From Balanoglossus misakiensis (taxonomy: Eukaryota > Animalia > Hemichordata), in NCBI GenBank assembly GCA_040954595.2, contig CM082582.2:6509963-6573962 (forward strand): a stretch of 64,000 bases of DNA. Direction: 5' to 3'. The position numbers and the translations under genes were made by a program. Below, piece after piece: positions 27,927 through 40,800 of this stretch. A model generated the notes under the pieces. It worked only from the letters and a program-made list of their open reading frames with translations, had not been told where the DNA came from and searched no databases. Positions within the stretch are counted from its first letter, which is position 1, and every line of letters begins with the position of its first letter.

Positions 27927-28612
27927 CCTGCGTCTGTTGTAAAAAGTCGCCACCAAACAACAATGGACAACTTCAACAATAGAGTGCAATGCAAACTCTT
28001 TCTTAATTGTAAAATATATATAAAGAGGATATTTTGTAGATTTTGTTTGTTACATTTCTGATTTTACTATAAATTTCAAAGCAGGGTTTTTCTCCGTTTC
28101 ATAAATTCATTGTTTTTATTTTAATCAAGAAAAAAATGTATACAGAGATATGCTTTTGTATTGTAAATGTAAACTACTTGAAATATAAAATAAATTTTAT
28201 ATCAGTGATAAAATAATGACTAATGTCGTTACTGGGCCAAGGGAATGGGGTGACTAATACCGTTACACAAACAAGGGTATGGGGTGATTTACAAATTAAA
28301 CACACTGGCCTTGCGTTTTTTGAGGAAGTGGGGGTTTATGGACTATCATATCAGTTTATGCAGGCTTTACTGAAAATAGCATGGGGAAGTCAAGATATGT
28401 ATAAAAACAATACTGTTCGAAGATATCACTTGTGATGCGTCCTGCAGTGCAACCACGGAGTTAAGCACGCCTCCAGTTGTGCATCTCTCGGGTGTGACGT
28501 CAGTGGTGCGCGCATCACCTGGGGTCACAACGCGTGACCTTTGCTGCGACACTGGCCTCACCTGAATACACACACGTTCTTGAGATCTTTACAAACTAGA
28601 AGCACTCGCAAA

Positions 28613-31157
28613 ATGGCACTCGCGTGGTTCATATTCTGTCTGACATTAGTGGCCCGTGTCGCGGCTGACGACATGGAAGTTTTCGTCGACAGACAGGTGC
28701 TGCATGAACCGACAGGGTTTATATTCGGCCCGTTTTCGATACGGAAAGAATCCCCGGACACCACTGTCGCAGAGACGGGGCGGAAACAAGAGTTCAAAAA
28801 TTGCGGTAAGTAAAAACTCCGCTGGCTTTTCAATATCCGTTTTGTTTCCGCTTCTGAGAGTCAATGATCATCAGGTGTTCGCTCAATGTCAGGACTTTCG
28901 GCGTTCCCGATAATGTCATATTTGGCCATAAAACGAATCCGTGATAGGCAGAAATTATTGTTGTGAAAGTAATAGAAGCTGACCAGTATTAGGTTACGCA
29001 TATTTTAGCGCACACGCGGAAGTAAAAAGTAAAAAATATCTCCAGTACATTTGCCGTGTACCCAACATGTATCCGACGTAAATGTGAACAGCAAACACTA
29101 ATCTGAGCCACAGGGCCTACGAGCACATAAAAAACGAGGAAGGGTCGAGCAACCCCATGGACCACTCCCAGACGAAAGAGTATCAAACTTCAAGCCGAAT
29201 GTCGTAACCTAGCTACGAGAATAGATATTTCGGGCGCCGCACAATCGTAACATCCCGGTAACTGCTTTACAAGTAAGGAATGTCGATCGCACCATCTGCA
29301 GATATATGGATTCAAGGAAAAAAATCTGTTGATGATGAGCAGAATAACATGAAAATATATATAAAAAGAGATTAAAATACTAACTAAAGTAATCCAATGG
29401 CCAAATGGTGACAAATGAGCGACTTTTCCGTTTAAAACATTCGTAGCCTCGTATTATGAAAGTGAAATCAAGCCACAACATTGGTAGTTTCCAATCCCCT
29501 GGAAGTGGTTAATTTGCCGGCCGTCGAACGTCCCCGACAATTTGCTCACCGATCTTGTGTATTTTGGTTACCTTTCGTATTTCAGGCGGCAAAGCGCAGG
29601 AGTTCCAGTATGGATGGACACCCAAAGGACCGCTGAAGATTGGACAGGCTTACAATTTTTCGTTCGATGCTACGGCAGGTAAAACACATCCACTCAATCT
29701 AGCGAGTAGAACAAGAATCAGTAGTTGTTGAATAGAAGAAAAACAGTGAAATATAGTAATCATCAAAGGTCCCTTTAAAAGTTGAAGTTGTCTTCTAAAT
29801 CTGGTTTGAGGTGCCGTTGGGGGCGCTTTGACGCGCGACGATCTCAAACTGTCCTCTGACAAATTTCATAAATTTGTCAGTGCGTATCTCGAAAAGCTAA
29901 TGTTTTTTCTGACGGAACCTTTATTTTTTTTATTGGAACACAATATGATTTCACAGCCTATGACATGGCGACTGGAACAGCCCATCCTGTAGTCTACTTC
30001 AATGAATATCTTATTTTCGATTCGATCGTGCGGTTCTGTCAGTTGATCCCGAAGGAGTACAAAGTGTGCCCTATCAAGAAAGGAGGTTAGTAATCGGCAT
30101 CTTTCTGAATAGCGAAATCATAACTCTTGTCTTTTTGCCTAAAGGTGTGAAAAAAGAAATTTTCAATTGGAATAGAAATGACTTAAGTGCAGTATATAGT
30201 AATCATTGTTACAGAAAATAGGAGAAAAATACGTTATTGTGGGGTATTTGAACAAAAAAACAACATAATTTGGCATAATTAAATATTTATGGTGACATTA
30301 CCATAAATCTGCATTGTTACATTTTTCATGACAAATTTGTAGGGTAATGTGATCATAATGATATTTTATTATGCAAATCTATGGTAATTTAGTCTACAGT
30401 GAATCGGACTGGTATGGTATATACTAACGTTGAATAACATATTTCACGGTAGCTGATGTAAAAGAAGAACTATAGGGTCGTATATATTGGGCTGTAGCAG
30501 AAGAAGGATAAGTCTTCTAGTGCGCATGCACCAGTGCACCAGACGAAATGTCAGAGCGCATATGATGGTTTTTAATACCATCAAACGCTTACTTTCTTTT
30601 CCCTCCATTTTTTCTGTAGAGAAATTGCATGTCATGGCTGAAGTTACGCTCAAAGGAAAATACGTTGAGGCGGTAAGTATCTTACAGTGCTCCGCTTTGA
30701 AATTATCGCCAACATTTTGGATTTTAGAAAGGACGCAAGAAATATTAGGCATTTGCATGATTCGACGGGCAACGTAAATTTCAAAATGGTAGAGATATAA
30801 AATCGGTATGTAAATCCTGGACGCTCGGTTTCACGGGGGGGGGGGGTGAAATGCCTTTAGTGCGCGTAATTATTCACCAAAATTAAACTAAGCACTAAAA
30901 CCCTGTTTTTGGATTGTTTTCTTGTAAATCCAGATTGGATGAATTGTCTTCAACTTGGGTGGGGTTCAGAAGGAATGGGTCTAAACAAAAAATCAGAGTG
31001 GTAGATGAACCAAGCCCAGCCTAGAATGATGATGTTTAAAACCAGAGATATTTCTGTTTACTTCTGAACACAGGGGCGTTACCATGGTAACGCGACAGTC
31101 TCGAACGAGAAAGGACAGGAGATGTTATGCGTCGTCGGTGACGTCACACTGAGTTAG
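28613..31157 (+). CDS. Secreted ML-domain (MD-2/NPC2/PG-PI transfer protein-like) lipid-binding protein; exons 28613-28805, 29586-29678, 29957-30086, 30620-30672, 31074-31157
   Basis: Signal peptide MALAWFIFCLTLVARVAA; FKNCG; FC...CPIKKGE; GRY...NEKGQEMLCV. Splice phases are consistent. Confidence 0.85.
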
Positions 31158-31425
31158 GCTCTGCAGATGTGAGAAAACATGTACTTGAAGCAACCTAATA
31201 CAAAAATCACAACGTGTTCCTGGACTCAACTCTATGCACAAAAAGTTTACCGAATGAAAAAAGACATTTTCTGCGACATAATTGCTTACTTGTGTATTTT
31301 GTACTTATAACAGTCTTTTGGGGCTGCCATGCATGTGGTTTGTTGCGTTGTTGTACATATATTGCTAGTTTCATATTGACATTGAACCTTCTCGCCAAGG
31401 TCATTGTTAACGTTTACCTAGTGCT

Positions 31426-31711
31426 CTTAAATGACGTTGAATCCAGACTGTGGGGAGTCCTTTTAAAAATTAAAATGAAAACAGGGTGTTCAGCGTCTTG
31501 TTTTCATAAAAATCACGACTTTATATTTTATCCATGTGAGAGATTGACGGCCATTTTGAACTTCAAAATTCAGACAATTTTGCTTCTATCATTAAATAAT
31601 TAGGACACTGACCCCCAGTTCATTCTCAATTTTAAGAGAGAACAGTTTTCTTGAGCAAAATACGAGGAAAGGTTTAAGACATAGATTTTGTTAAGGCGCA
31701 TTCTACTTTAA
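31426..31711. repeat. Degenerate dispersed repeat / old MITE fragment
   Basis: Shares cggccattttgaa with about 27154 and cttgagcaaaat...gtttaagac with about 20491-20519. Boundaries are uncertain. Confidence 0.4.
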
Positions 31712-32167
31712 TGTCTAAAAGGTTAAACGAGGGTGACGAAGATGAATAGTTCTGTTATTTTACTGTCAAATTTTCCTTTGGGAGAAGTTATAGCCCGCAA
31801 TTATGATTTCTAGGTTAGTACTATTGTTTTGCGCAACCGGACCGCACGTTATTAATGGCAATGAGGATCCTGACCACTGGCATTATAACCTCTGCAGGGG
31901 GGTATACCACTATAGTGGAATAGCACTCGGTGACTGTTGCCGGTACCCGCTACCTCCCCGATGTACATCATTTGCGACGGTTGGTGTATCATTATAATTC
32001 TCAGGGTATTTTGGTCTCGGTTTAGATGTAAGGAAGAGTCGACCAGTGCTTGATTAAGGTTCGCTGCGGTCCCCGAGCCTTGCAATATCCTTCGGCTACT
32101 CTCTTTTTTGAGCAGGACAAGTCTAGAAAAGAGGAAGTTGATAAGCCCATCGATATTTAAAGTCATA

Positions 32168-35100
32168 ATGTCTGGAAACTGGAGTCATCACGGTGCAACG
32201 GGTAAGATGTGTTACTCGTATCGAAAATCCACCTAAATGAAAAGATCGGGCGAGTTTCATGCGAACGACGCGACAGAATCAATATTTTAGAAGAAGTTAC
32301 GCAAGTTTATGTATATCCTTCCCCCAGTATAATGACACTCCATCTATATACATTGTATGCTTTAGTGGTCGCGTCAACAGCGCTATATGAGTTGTATTTT
32401 TACGTTTCGAGTGTATGATCACTGTGGACTTCATCCTAGTAAAACGTGTCCTGAATTTGCGTCTAATTAATCACTTTATGTCTGCTGCATAGTACTTATA
32501 ATGCTCCGAATTTTCTGCGACGAATATCTTCAACCTACATGTCTTTATTACGGCGCTAAACTCTTGCTGATCACGTTCTCAGCTCGGCAAACCGTCACAT
32601 AATACGATTATTGTGCGGGCGACAATCGATCGGATTTGTGAAAGTGTTCGGCTGGCCACAAACAAGACGCGCACGTAAATACAAGTAAAGCCTGTGTAAA
32701 CTGAAACGTTGTATAAAGTTCACAGGCCTGGTAAATACGGTGCCGTAATACCAAAAGTGTTTGTCCTGATTCTGATCGTAACTCTGCACCCAGGTACATA
32801 TATGTTACTGGAGTCCCAATATTTATATAACTGACCGTTTAAACACTCCTTGGTCGGTGACGCATTCCAGTAAAAAGTTACGTACGCGTTTTATACTAAA
32901 GCAAAGGCGACGGACGTGTTCACTCCAAATACAACTAGGCCCATAACTTTGTCTTGTTGTACAGATTACAACTAGCGAATTCATACATTTAAATATTTCC
33001 GGGGTTTCAAGGGTGATTTGTTTTATATCCAGGTTCAAGAACCACTCTCACATCGAAACATCCTAGCTGGTAGGCATTTCCCGCTCACAGGGATCGTTAG
33101 CTCCATCACAATCTCCCTGTATAGCGAACTTATTTTTCGGAGGGAAGAGATCTTAGCGGGCGACGATGTCTAACTGGTAATACCTATGCTCAAGAATAAA
33201 AATAAAACTTTGCACAAAGCAACGCGTCAGTAACTGCGTATATCAACCGAATCTGGTAAAACTTACAGTGAATTCAGGGCAATTGTCAAGCCATAAATTT
33301 GCGCTGGGCATTTGTTATCCCTTTATGTTGAGAATCGGGGTCAACGGGTCACCTTTAAGAGTGCATTGTTTATGGGAAGCGAATGCCAGGCCAGAGCAAG
33401 GGAAATAAATTTGATCCTGTGTGCGACGACACGCACAGAAAGAATAGCCCCGTACAAAACAATGTACTGAGGAGTGAACTCACAATCCCATCAGTGAAAT
33501 CTCAGGGCGAGGGCCGACCCATTTTATAATAAGTAAAATTTTGAACGAATGAAAAAAGAAAGCGAGGAATAAGACCGCGAACACTGGAGATGTAGACGTC
33601 TTGAAACAAAAGCCCTCGAGTCTTGAACGGACTTGCGTTGTGTGATTCTTACTGGTAAAACCCATGCATCTCCCTCTCAATTTATCACTCGAGGTCAGTA
33701 TTAATTGAAATAAAGCAGACTTGAATAGTTTGCCTGCCAGGGACTGAAAACGGTATTCATATATCGCCATTGTAATATGTTTGTGATGATGATCATTTAA
33801 GTAAGAGAAGCCATTAGGTATTCTGATACGATATTAAATGTGTCGCTTTATAATGTAACAGTAGTCTAGTTTACATATATAGCCATTAATGAGTAAAGGG
33901 AGGTATGTCTTGTTGTTATGACCATCTAGTGGCGAATATTTATGCGTGGCTACCCCAGTGAAACTCTATGATTGGTTGGATTTTCACGGGTATTTTTCCA
34001 TGGTAAATGTGCTTAAGTTTGCTCAGGTAATCATGTATTCGCCTGAAAATGAATCCGCTTATTGTGAATTGATTATGAGAAATTACAAACCTGTATCAAT
34101 GTAACAGCATCACGTTTGTTATGTCAGTATCATATTCGTTGGCATAGACTGCTTCATTACCATAAAACTGTCAGGTTGATTTTTTATTCACATCATTACG
34201 TAATAGAATTGAATTGCCACAACTCTTCCGAGGCCTCGATGCAAATGAGCGAATTTACCACAGAGACAATTTTACTGGTACATTATTTCTCCAATTACCA
34301 TATTGTTTCGATAAATTGGCCAGATTGTTTCAGTTATGACGTTAGGCTAAATATGCTATCAACGAACGTTTGCACAACCAACACACAATTACCACCTATT
34401 GTACATGTTATTATGTACTAGAGAAAACAATAACGGGGAATTCATCTGAGCCTCATTACATTAAATTTACATTTTGACGATTTTATTCTATCGCCTGAGG
34501 TAGGTCCGAAGCATTGGCCTGAAATGTTTCCCGATGCCGGTGGTCAAAGGCAGTCACCCATCGATATAGTCACCGAAAACGCCAAATATGAACCGGCGCT
34601 GGGTGCGCTCTCGTACAACTACAGCCCATCCGACAAGAATCGCATCAGCAACACTGGCCACTCGTTCAACGTGTCCGTGGATGGACGAGATTCACGTAAG
34701 TACACGCGAGAATCATGGAATGTGATACTGTCGGACGACTGGTGACTTCGACCTATCCTTTCTGGCAGAAATAAATATTTCCCAGTCATTCGCTCCGCCC
34801 AAGTGGTAATTTAAAAGTGCGACCACTGACTGGTTACAATACGATTAAAATTAAAATGCGGATGTAAATCAATCCAGGATGAAATAAAATAGGCAAATTG
34901 TTTCAAACTGGCATAAATATCCCTGTGTTTCGCAGTAAAATTTTTCGCCAAACTGACATCATGGAAGAAGATGTATGGAGTGTCGTTTCCAATTCTGGAA
35001 ACACGACACGTAAAATATGTTTACCGTTTAGTCATCTGTGGGGTGAATCCATCAAACCTAACACAAAGCAAAGCTTTTACTACTTTTGTATATTACGAAG

Positions 35101-37462
35101 GTTAAAATTGAATTATAAAAGAACAAACAGCTAAACATTAAACGCATACACCACATAATTCATGTTTGGCTCTGTCTATTTTTAGTTCTAACTGGAGGTC
35201 CATTGGAACACAAGTACAAACTGGACGGTTTCCATGCTCACTGGGGGTCCGAAGACGCAATCGGTTCTGAGCACACATTTGATGGCGCATCTTACGCTGC
35301 AGAAGTAAGGCATATACATGTATACTCACTTAAAGGGGAAGCATCGTCTGAATTGCACATGCGCGACGTTTTTTGTTGCAAATATCCAGTTGTCTACAAT
35401 CATTAAATTAATTTGTCTGGCTAACGTAGCTATAAAACATACCAAGGGCAAATTTGATAGTGTAAACTATATTGTGTACTAAAATCGATAATATCGCCAT
35501 CTGACACGTACGCAAGAGCGATACCGAATCCGGTCTCATAATATCTCGTCTTTGGCTGTCATTGATCGTTACTCTTTTACGCAGACTACAACAATGATCA
35601 AACATGAGAACCTTAATGCATTTCTTGATAAGAAAGATAAATATTGCACAGGACACTCACTCTTAAAGCTGTTGCAATAATTCTACACCACTGTTCTGTT
35701 GTCAGCTCCACTTGGTGCATTGGAACAGCGACCTCTATAGCACAATTGCCGAAGCTGTGTCGAAGAAACAAGGACTGGCGGTCTTGGGGATACTGATATC
35801 GGTAAATCTCATCTCTGAAATGCTTAGCTGTAGTACATCTCACTGTTTGGAAATGAAATTGCTTAACAGGGTCGCAGAGCAATAGCAGTTAACGGAAACA
35901 AACATGCGCATAACCTTTCACATACATGTACTGTTAACTGCATCGCATTACGAGATTTGAGTACAGTATCTGCAATTTCAGGATTATTGAAAACCTGTGA
36001 TAAAACCCAAAATGTTTATTCATTGGCAGGTTGGCAAAGAGAACCCTGTATGGAAGACTCTGCTTGGACAGTTCCCCAAAATACAATATAAGGTATGGTT
36101 TCTTCTGCATGCAGGTATTGTTTTTCAGTCAAGTCTAAATACGAGTAAGACACTGAAAGGGCTTTGTGACTTGATGCAAGATGCGATGACAAATTCTTCT
36201 ACCGAGAAGAACGCAAGACACCAACAAAAGATCTCACATTGGTTTCGTTATACTTCGATTGGTTTAAATAATACAATCACAAGCCTCCATCTTCTACAAC
36301 TGCATTACGTTTTATATTGCAAATAATGATGGAATGTATAACTTGTATGAAAGTCATGTGCCAACAAAATTATTTTGTTGACAGGGTTCGGAGACTGAAG
36401 CGAGCGATGGATTTGATCCTACAACTCTTCTACCGGGTAAGAATAAACAGAAACATTGGAAAACACTTTAACAAAGAACAAACTAATATTACCACAAGAT
36501 GAGGGGGTTGCTCAATGGCGAAACCATCTTCCATTTGTAATCGTGTACGGACCACTTTCTGCATATGTACGACCGCAATATGATCTTATTCGTCTATGGT
36601 ATTTTTTTTCATGAATCCACATTTGCTGATACACACTGCCTTGAAGTCTCGGTCGTGTTGGGGGCGCTGTACGTTAGCATCACCTCAACTAAGCAGTGGT
36701 GACGAGTGTTCAAACTCTGCTGAAATGCCTGTCTGTCCCGATGTCACGTAATCCTGAGAGGAAAGTCCGCTCCTTGTGGATTATCCCTTGACCGTGACCA
36801 TCCATGCACAGGTGTAGAGACTGAATCGGGATCATTGAACGTAGAAAAAGAGAGTAGTTGACGACAAATCGACTTGGTCAAATTTTCGCGACGATATTTT
36901 ATTATAACTTGAAAACCTGGGAAATGATTTTTTTTTATTTCTGTTCAACGCACAGAAAATGTGGCCGACTATTACACCTATCCCGGTTCCCTAACCACGC
37001 CCCCATGTTACGAAAGCGTTACCTGGATCGTGTTCAGACAACCGGTCGAAATGTCTCCGTCGCAGGTAATGTTTATGCATGATAATAGTAATAGCACGAA
37101 GGCAGAACAATCATTTCGCACACAAATGTTGCAAGAATGTCGCAAAATATCTCGTTCCAGTACCAAAAACACGTGGAAACTGCCTTTATACCCACTACTT
37201 AGTCTGGTTCCCTGCCCCAATCCCACCGCTGGCTGCGCTACGCTAAAGGGCAGCCAGCGGTGGGATTGGGGCAGGGAACCAGACTAACCCACTACTGTCT
37301 CACGATTACACACAATGTATTTTACAGTTGACCAGTTTACGAAAGCTGAAGTGCATTGGCCAAAACGAAACACCAAACAGCGATGCCCAGGTATCGATGG
37401 TGGACAATTTCAGACCCCCACAGTCAAGCAACGGCAGACAAGTTCTGAAATCCTTTTGTTAA
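32168..37462 (+). CDS. Cytosolic alpha-carbonic anhydrase; exons 32168-32201, 34504-34695, 35186-35304, 35706-35801, 36030-36092, 36385-36436, 36956-37065, 37328-37462
   Basis: W...GP.HW, RQSPIDI, NTGHSF (His64), FHAHWG (His94/96), GSEH, ELHLVHWN (His119), [23 protein letters not shown]; no signal peptide. Confidence 0.95.
33921..33934 (-). promoter_or_regulatory. CTCF-like motif in CA intron 1
   Basis: The minus strand reads CGCCACTAGATGGT, close to the CCASYAGRKGGC consensus. Confidence 0.3.
37200..37286. mobile_element. 87-bp palindromic MITE with 10-bp TSD in the last CA intron
   Basis: Perfect 37-bp TIRs tagtctggttccctgccccaatcccaccgctggctgc; flanking direct repeat acccactact at 37190-37199 and 37287-37296. 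Confidence 0.9.
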
Positions 37463-37888
37463 AGACGGGAGCAGTTACAGTTCTGGGTGGCCAGTCGACG
37501 TCCATGGTCTGTTGTGCATACAAATAGAAGTCGTAAGAGAAGCAGGCGACCTATTGTGTATCGAAAGTAGTCAATGGGTTAGTTTATGGTTAACTAAATT
37601 GCCAGATGATAGTTTGCCCATTCTAAAAGGTCAAATGATGGCAGTTTGTAGTTTTGAGTCAGGACACAAGGATGATTGTACAGCTCGTCAGTTATATATC
37701 TGTAACGGCCTTGTTGATCCGTTGAATGTGTATGTATATCTGTATGTATGTTATACCTGTATCTTGCAGTAATTAGTTATTCAATTATTCATATGACGTA
37801 AGAGTACTTACCTGCAATTGGTTGATCGTAATTATATGCAAACCACCTGGACGTTTCATTGACCAATGAACGCAAGCTAATCTGGCAC

Positions 37889-40800
37889 TGTGAGAACTTT
37901 TAACGATATTATCATTGTAATTTTTATCATTTTCATAAATCCAATTCATTTCAATATCTACGCTGCGTTTTTCATGTGTCGGGTATAAGAAACATGCAGG
38001 GAAACTTGGTCATTTTTTGTCGCGGTTCACTTGGGCAAGTCTGAATACGGAGTGCTCAGGAGAGAGAAAGATAAACTCGCTAAAACCGTGTCTTTCCGTC
38101 CGCATGACCAACCAAGGGGCGAAAAAGTCGTTATTTAGGCCGTTATAAAACGTTTTTGTCGCCGAGGTGTGAATAAAGAACCGCCAGATCGCTGCGGTGC
38201 ATGGAACTCTTATTTGCACCGCTGCGGTGCAAATAAGATCATTGGAGTTATGCTGCAATATAGTGCGGAAAATTTCCGACTTTTTCGAGTACACATCGTG
38301 ATGGCGAGGGGTTCAGGAGGGCTGGCCTTTTACCTGAAGGTGTCAACTGATGTTGGTTCGAGACCACTTTTTTTCTATTTCTTTTTTTGTGAGAACTTTT
38401 AACAACATTATCATTGTAATTTTTATCATTTTCATAAATCCAATTCATTTCAATATCTACGCTGCGTTTTTTATCTGTCGGGTATAAGAAACATGCAGGG
38501 AAACTTGGTCATTTTTTTGTCGCGGTTCACTTGGGCAAGTCTGAATACGGAGTGCTCAGGAGAGAGAAAGATAAACTGAGAGTCTCGCTAAAACCGTGTC
38601 TTTCCATCCGCATGACAAACCAAGGGGCGAAAAAGTCGTTATTTAGGCCGTAATAAAACGTTTTTGTCGCCGAGGTGTGAATAAAGAACGGCCAGATCGT
38701 TGCGGTGCATGGAACTCTTATTTGCACCGCTGCGGTGCAAATAAGAATTTGCACCGCTGCGGTGCAAATAAGATCATTGGAGCTATGCTGCAATATAGTG
38801 CGGAAAATTTCCGACTTTTCCGAGTACGCATCGTGATGGCGAAGGGTTCAGGAGAGCTAGCCTTTTACCTGAAGGTGTCAACTGATGTTGGTTCGAGACC
38901 ACTTTTTTTCTATTTCATTTTTTTGTGAGAAGTTTTAACGACATTATCATTGTAATTTTTATCATTTTCATAAATCCAATTCATTTCAATATCTACGCTG
39001 CGTTTTTTATCTGTCGGGTATAAGAAACATGCAGGGAAACTTGGTCATTTTTTGTCGCGGTTCACTTGGGCAAGTCTGAATACGGAGTGCTCAGGAGAGA
39101 GAAAGATAAACTCGCTAAAACCGTGTCTTTCCGTCCGCATGACCAACCAAGGGGCGAAAAAGTCGTTATTTAGGCAGTAATAAAACGTTTTTGTCGCCGA
39201 ATTGTGAATAAAGTACGGCCAGATCGTTGCGGTGCATGGAACTCTTATTTGCACCGCTGCGGTGCAAATAAGAATTTGCACCGCTGCGGTGCAAATAAGA
39301 TCATTGGAGTTATGCTGCAATATAGTGCGGAAAATTTCCGACTCTTCGAGTACACATCGTGATGGCGAAGGGTTCAGGAGGGCTAGCCTTTTACCTGAAG
39401 GTGTCAACTGATGTTGGTTCGAGACCACTTTTTTTCTATTTCTTTTTTGTGAGAACTTTTAACCACATTATCATTGAAATTTTTATCATTTTCATAAATC
39501 CAATTCATTTCAATATCAACGTTGCGTTTTTTATCTGTCGGGTATAAGAAACATGCAGGGAAACTTGGTCATTTTTTTGTCGCGGTTCACTTGGGCAAGT
39601 CTGAATACGGAGTGCTCAGGAGAGAGAAAGATAAACTCGCTAAAACCGTGTCTTTCCATCCGCATGACCAACCAAGGAGCGAAAAAGTCGTTATTTAGGC
39701 CGTTATAAAACGTTTTTGTCGCCGAGGTGTGAATAAAGAACGGTCAGATCGTTGCGGTGCAGGGAACTCTTATTTGCACCGCAGCGGAGCGAACTCTTAT
39801 TTGCACCGCTGCGGTGCAAATAAGAATTTGCACCGCTGCGGTGCACCGTTGCGGTGCAAATAAGATCGTTGCAGTTATGCTGCAATATAGTGCGGAAAAT
39901 TTCCGACTTTTTCGAGTACACATCGTGATAGCGAAGGGTTCAGGAAGGCCAGCCTTTTACCTGAAGGTGTCAACTGATGTTGGTTCGAGACCACTTATTT
40001 CTATTTCTTTTTTTGTGAGAACTTTTAACAACATTATCATTGCAATTTTTCTCATTTTCATAAATCCAATTCATTTCAATATCTACGCTGCGTTTTTTAT
40101 CTGTCGGGTATAAGAAACACGCAGGGAAACTTGGTCATTTTTTGTCGCGGTTCACTTGGGCAAGTCTGAATGCGCAGTGCTCAGGAGAGAGAAAGATAAA
40201 CTCGCTAAAACCGTGTCTTTCCGTCCGCATGACCAACCAAGGGGCGAAAAAGTCGTTATTTAGGCCGTTATAAAACGTTTTTGTCGCCGAGGTGTGAATA
40301 AAGAACCGCCAGATCGTTGCGGTGCATGGAACTCTTATTTGCACCGCTGCGGTGCAAATAAGATCATTGGAGTTATGCTGCAATATAGTGCGGAAAATTT
40401 CCGACTCTTCGAGTACACATCGTGATGGCGAAGGGTTCAGGAGGGCTAGCCTTTTACCTGAAGGTGTCAACTGATGTTGGTTCGAAACAAATTTTTTCTA
40501 TTTCTTTTTTTGTGAGAACTTTTAACGACATTATCATTGTAATTTTTATCATTTTCATAAATCCAATTCATTTCAATATCTACGCTGCTTTTTTTATCTG
40601 TCGGGTATAAGAAACATGCAGGGAAACTTGGTCATTTTTTTGTCGCGGTTCACTTGGGCAAGTCTGAATACGGAGTGCTCAGGAGAGAGAAAGATAAACT
40701 CGCTAAAACCGTGTCTTTCCGTCCGCATGACCAACCAAGGAGCGAAAAAGTCGTTATTTAGGCCGTTATAAAACGTTTTTGTCGCCGAGGTGTGAATAAA

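Noticed and set aside
37255-37267. 13-nt match (cagcggtgggatt) between the MITE arm and the Gypsy PBS / tRNA-Leu 3' end
   Set aside because: The match is short and lacks the TGG(CCA) end; probably coincidental without further evidence.
38318-38375. Vault RNA or tRNA gene (GGGCTGGC...GGTTCGAGACC)
   Set aside because: There is no 3' segment to close the terminal stem and no cloverleaf; kept only as a generic Pol III-like cassette.
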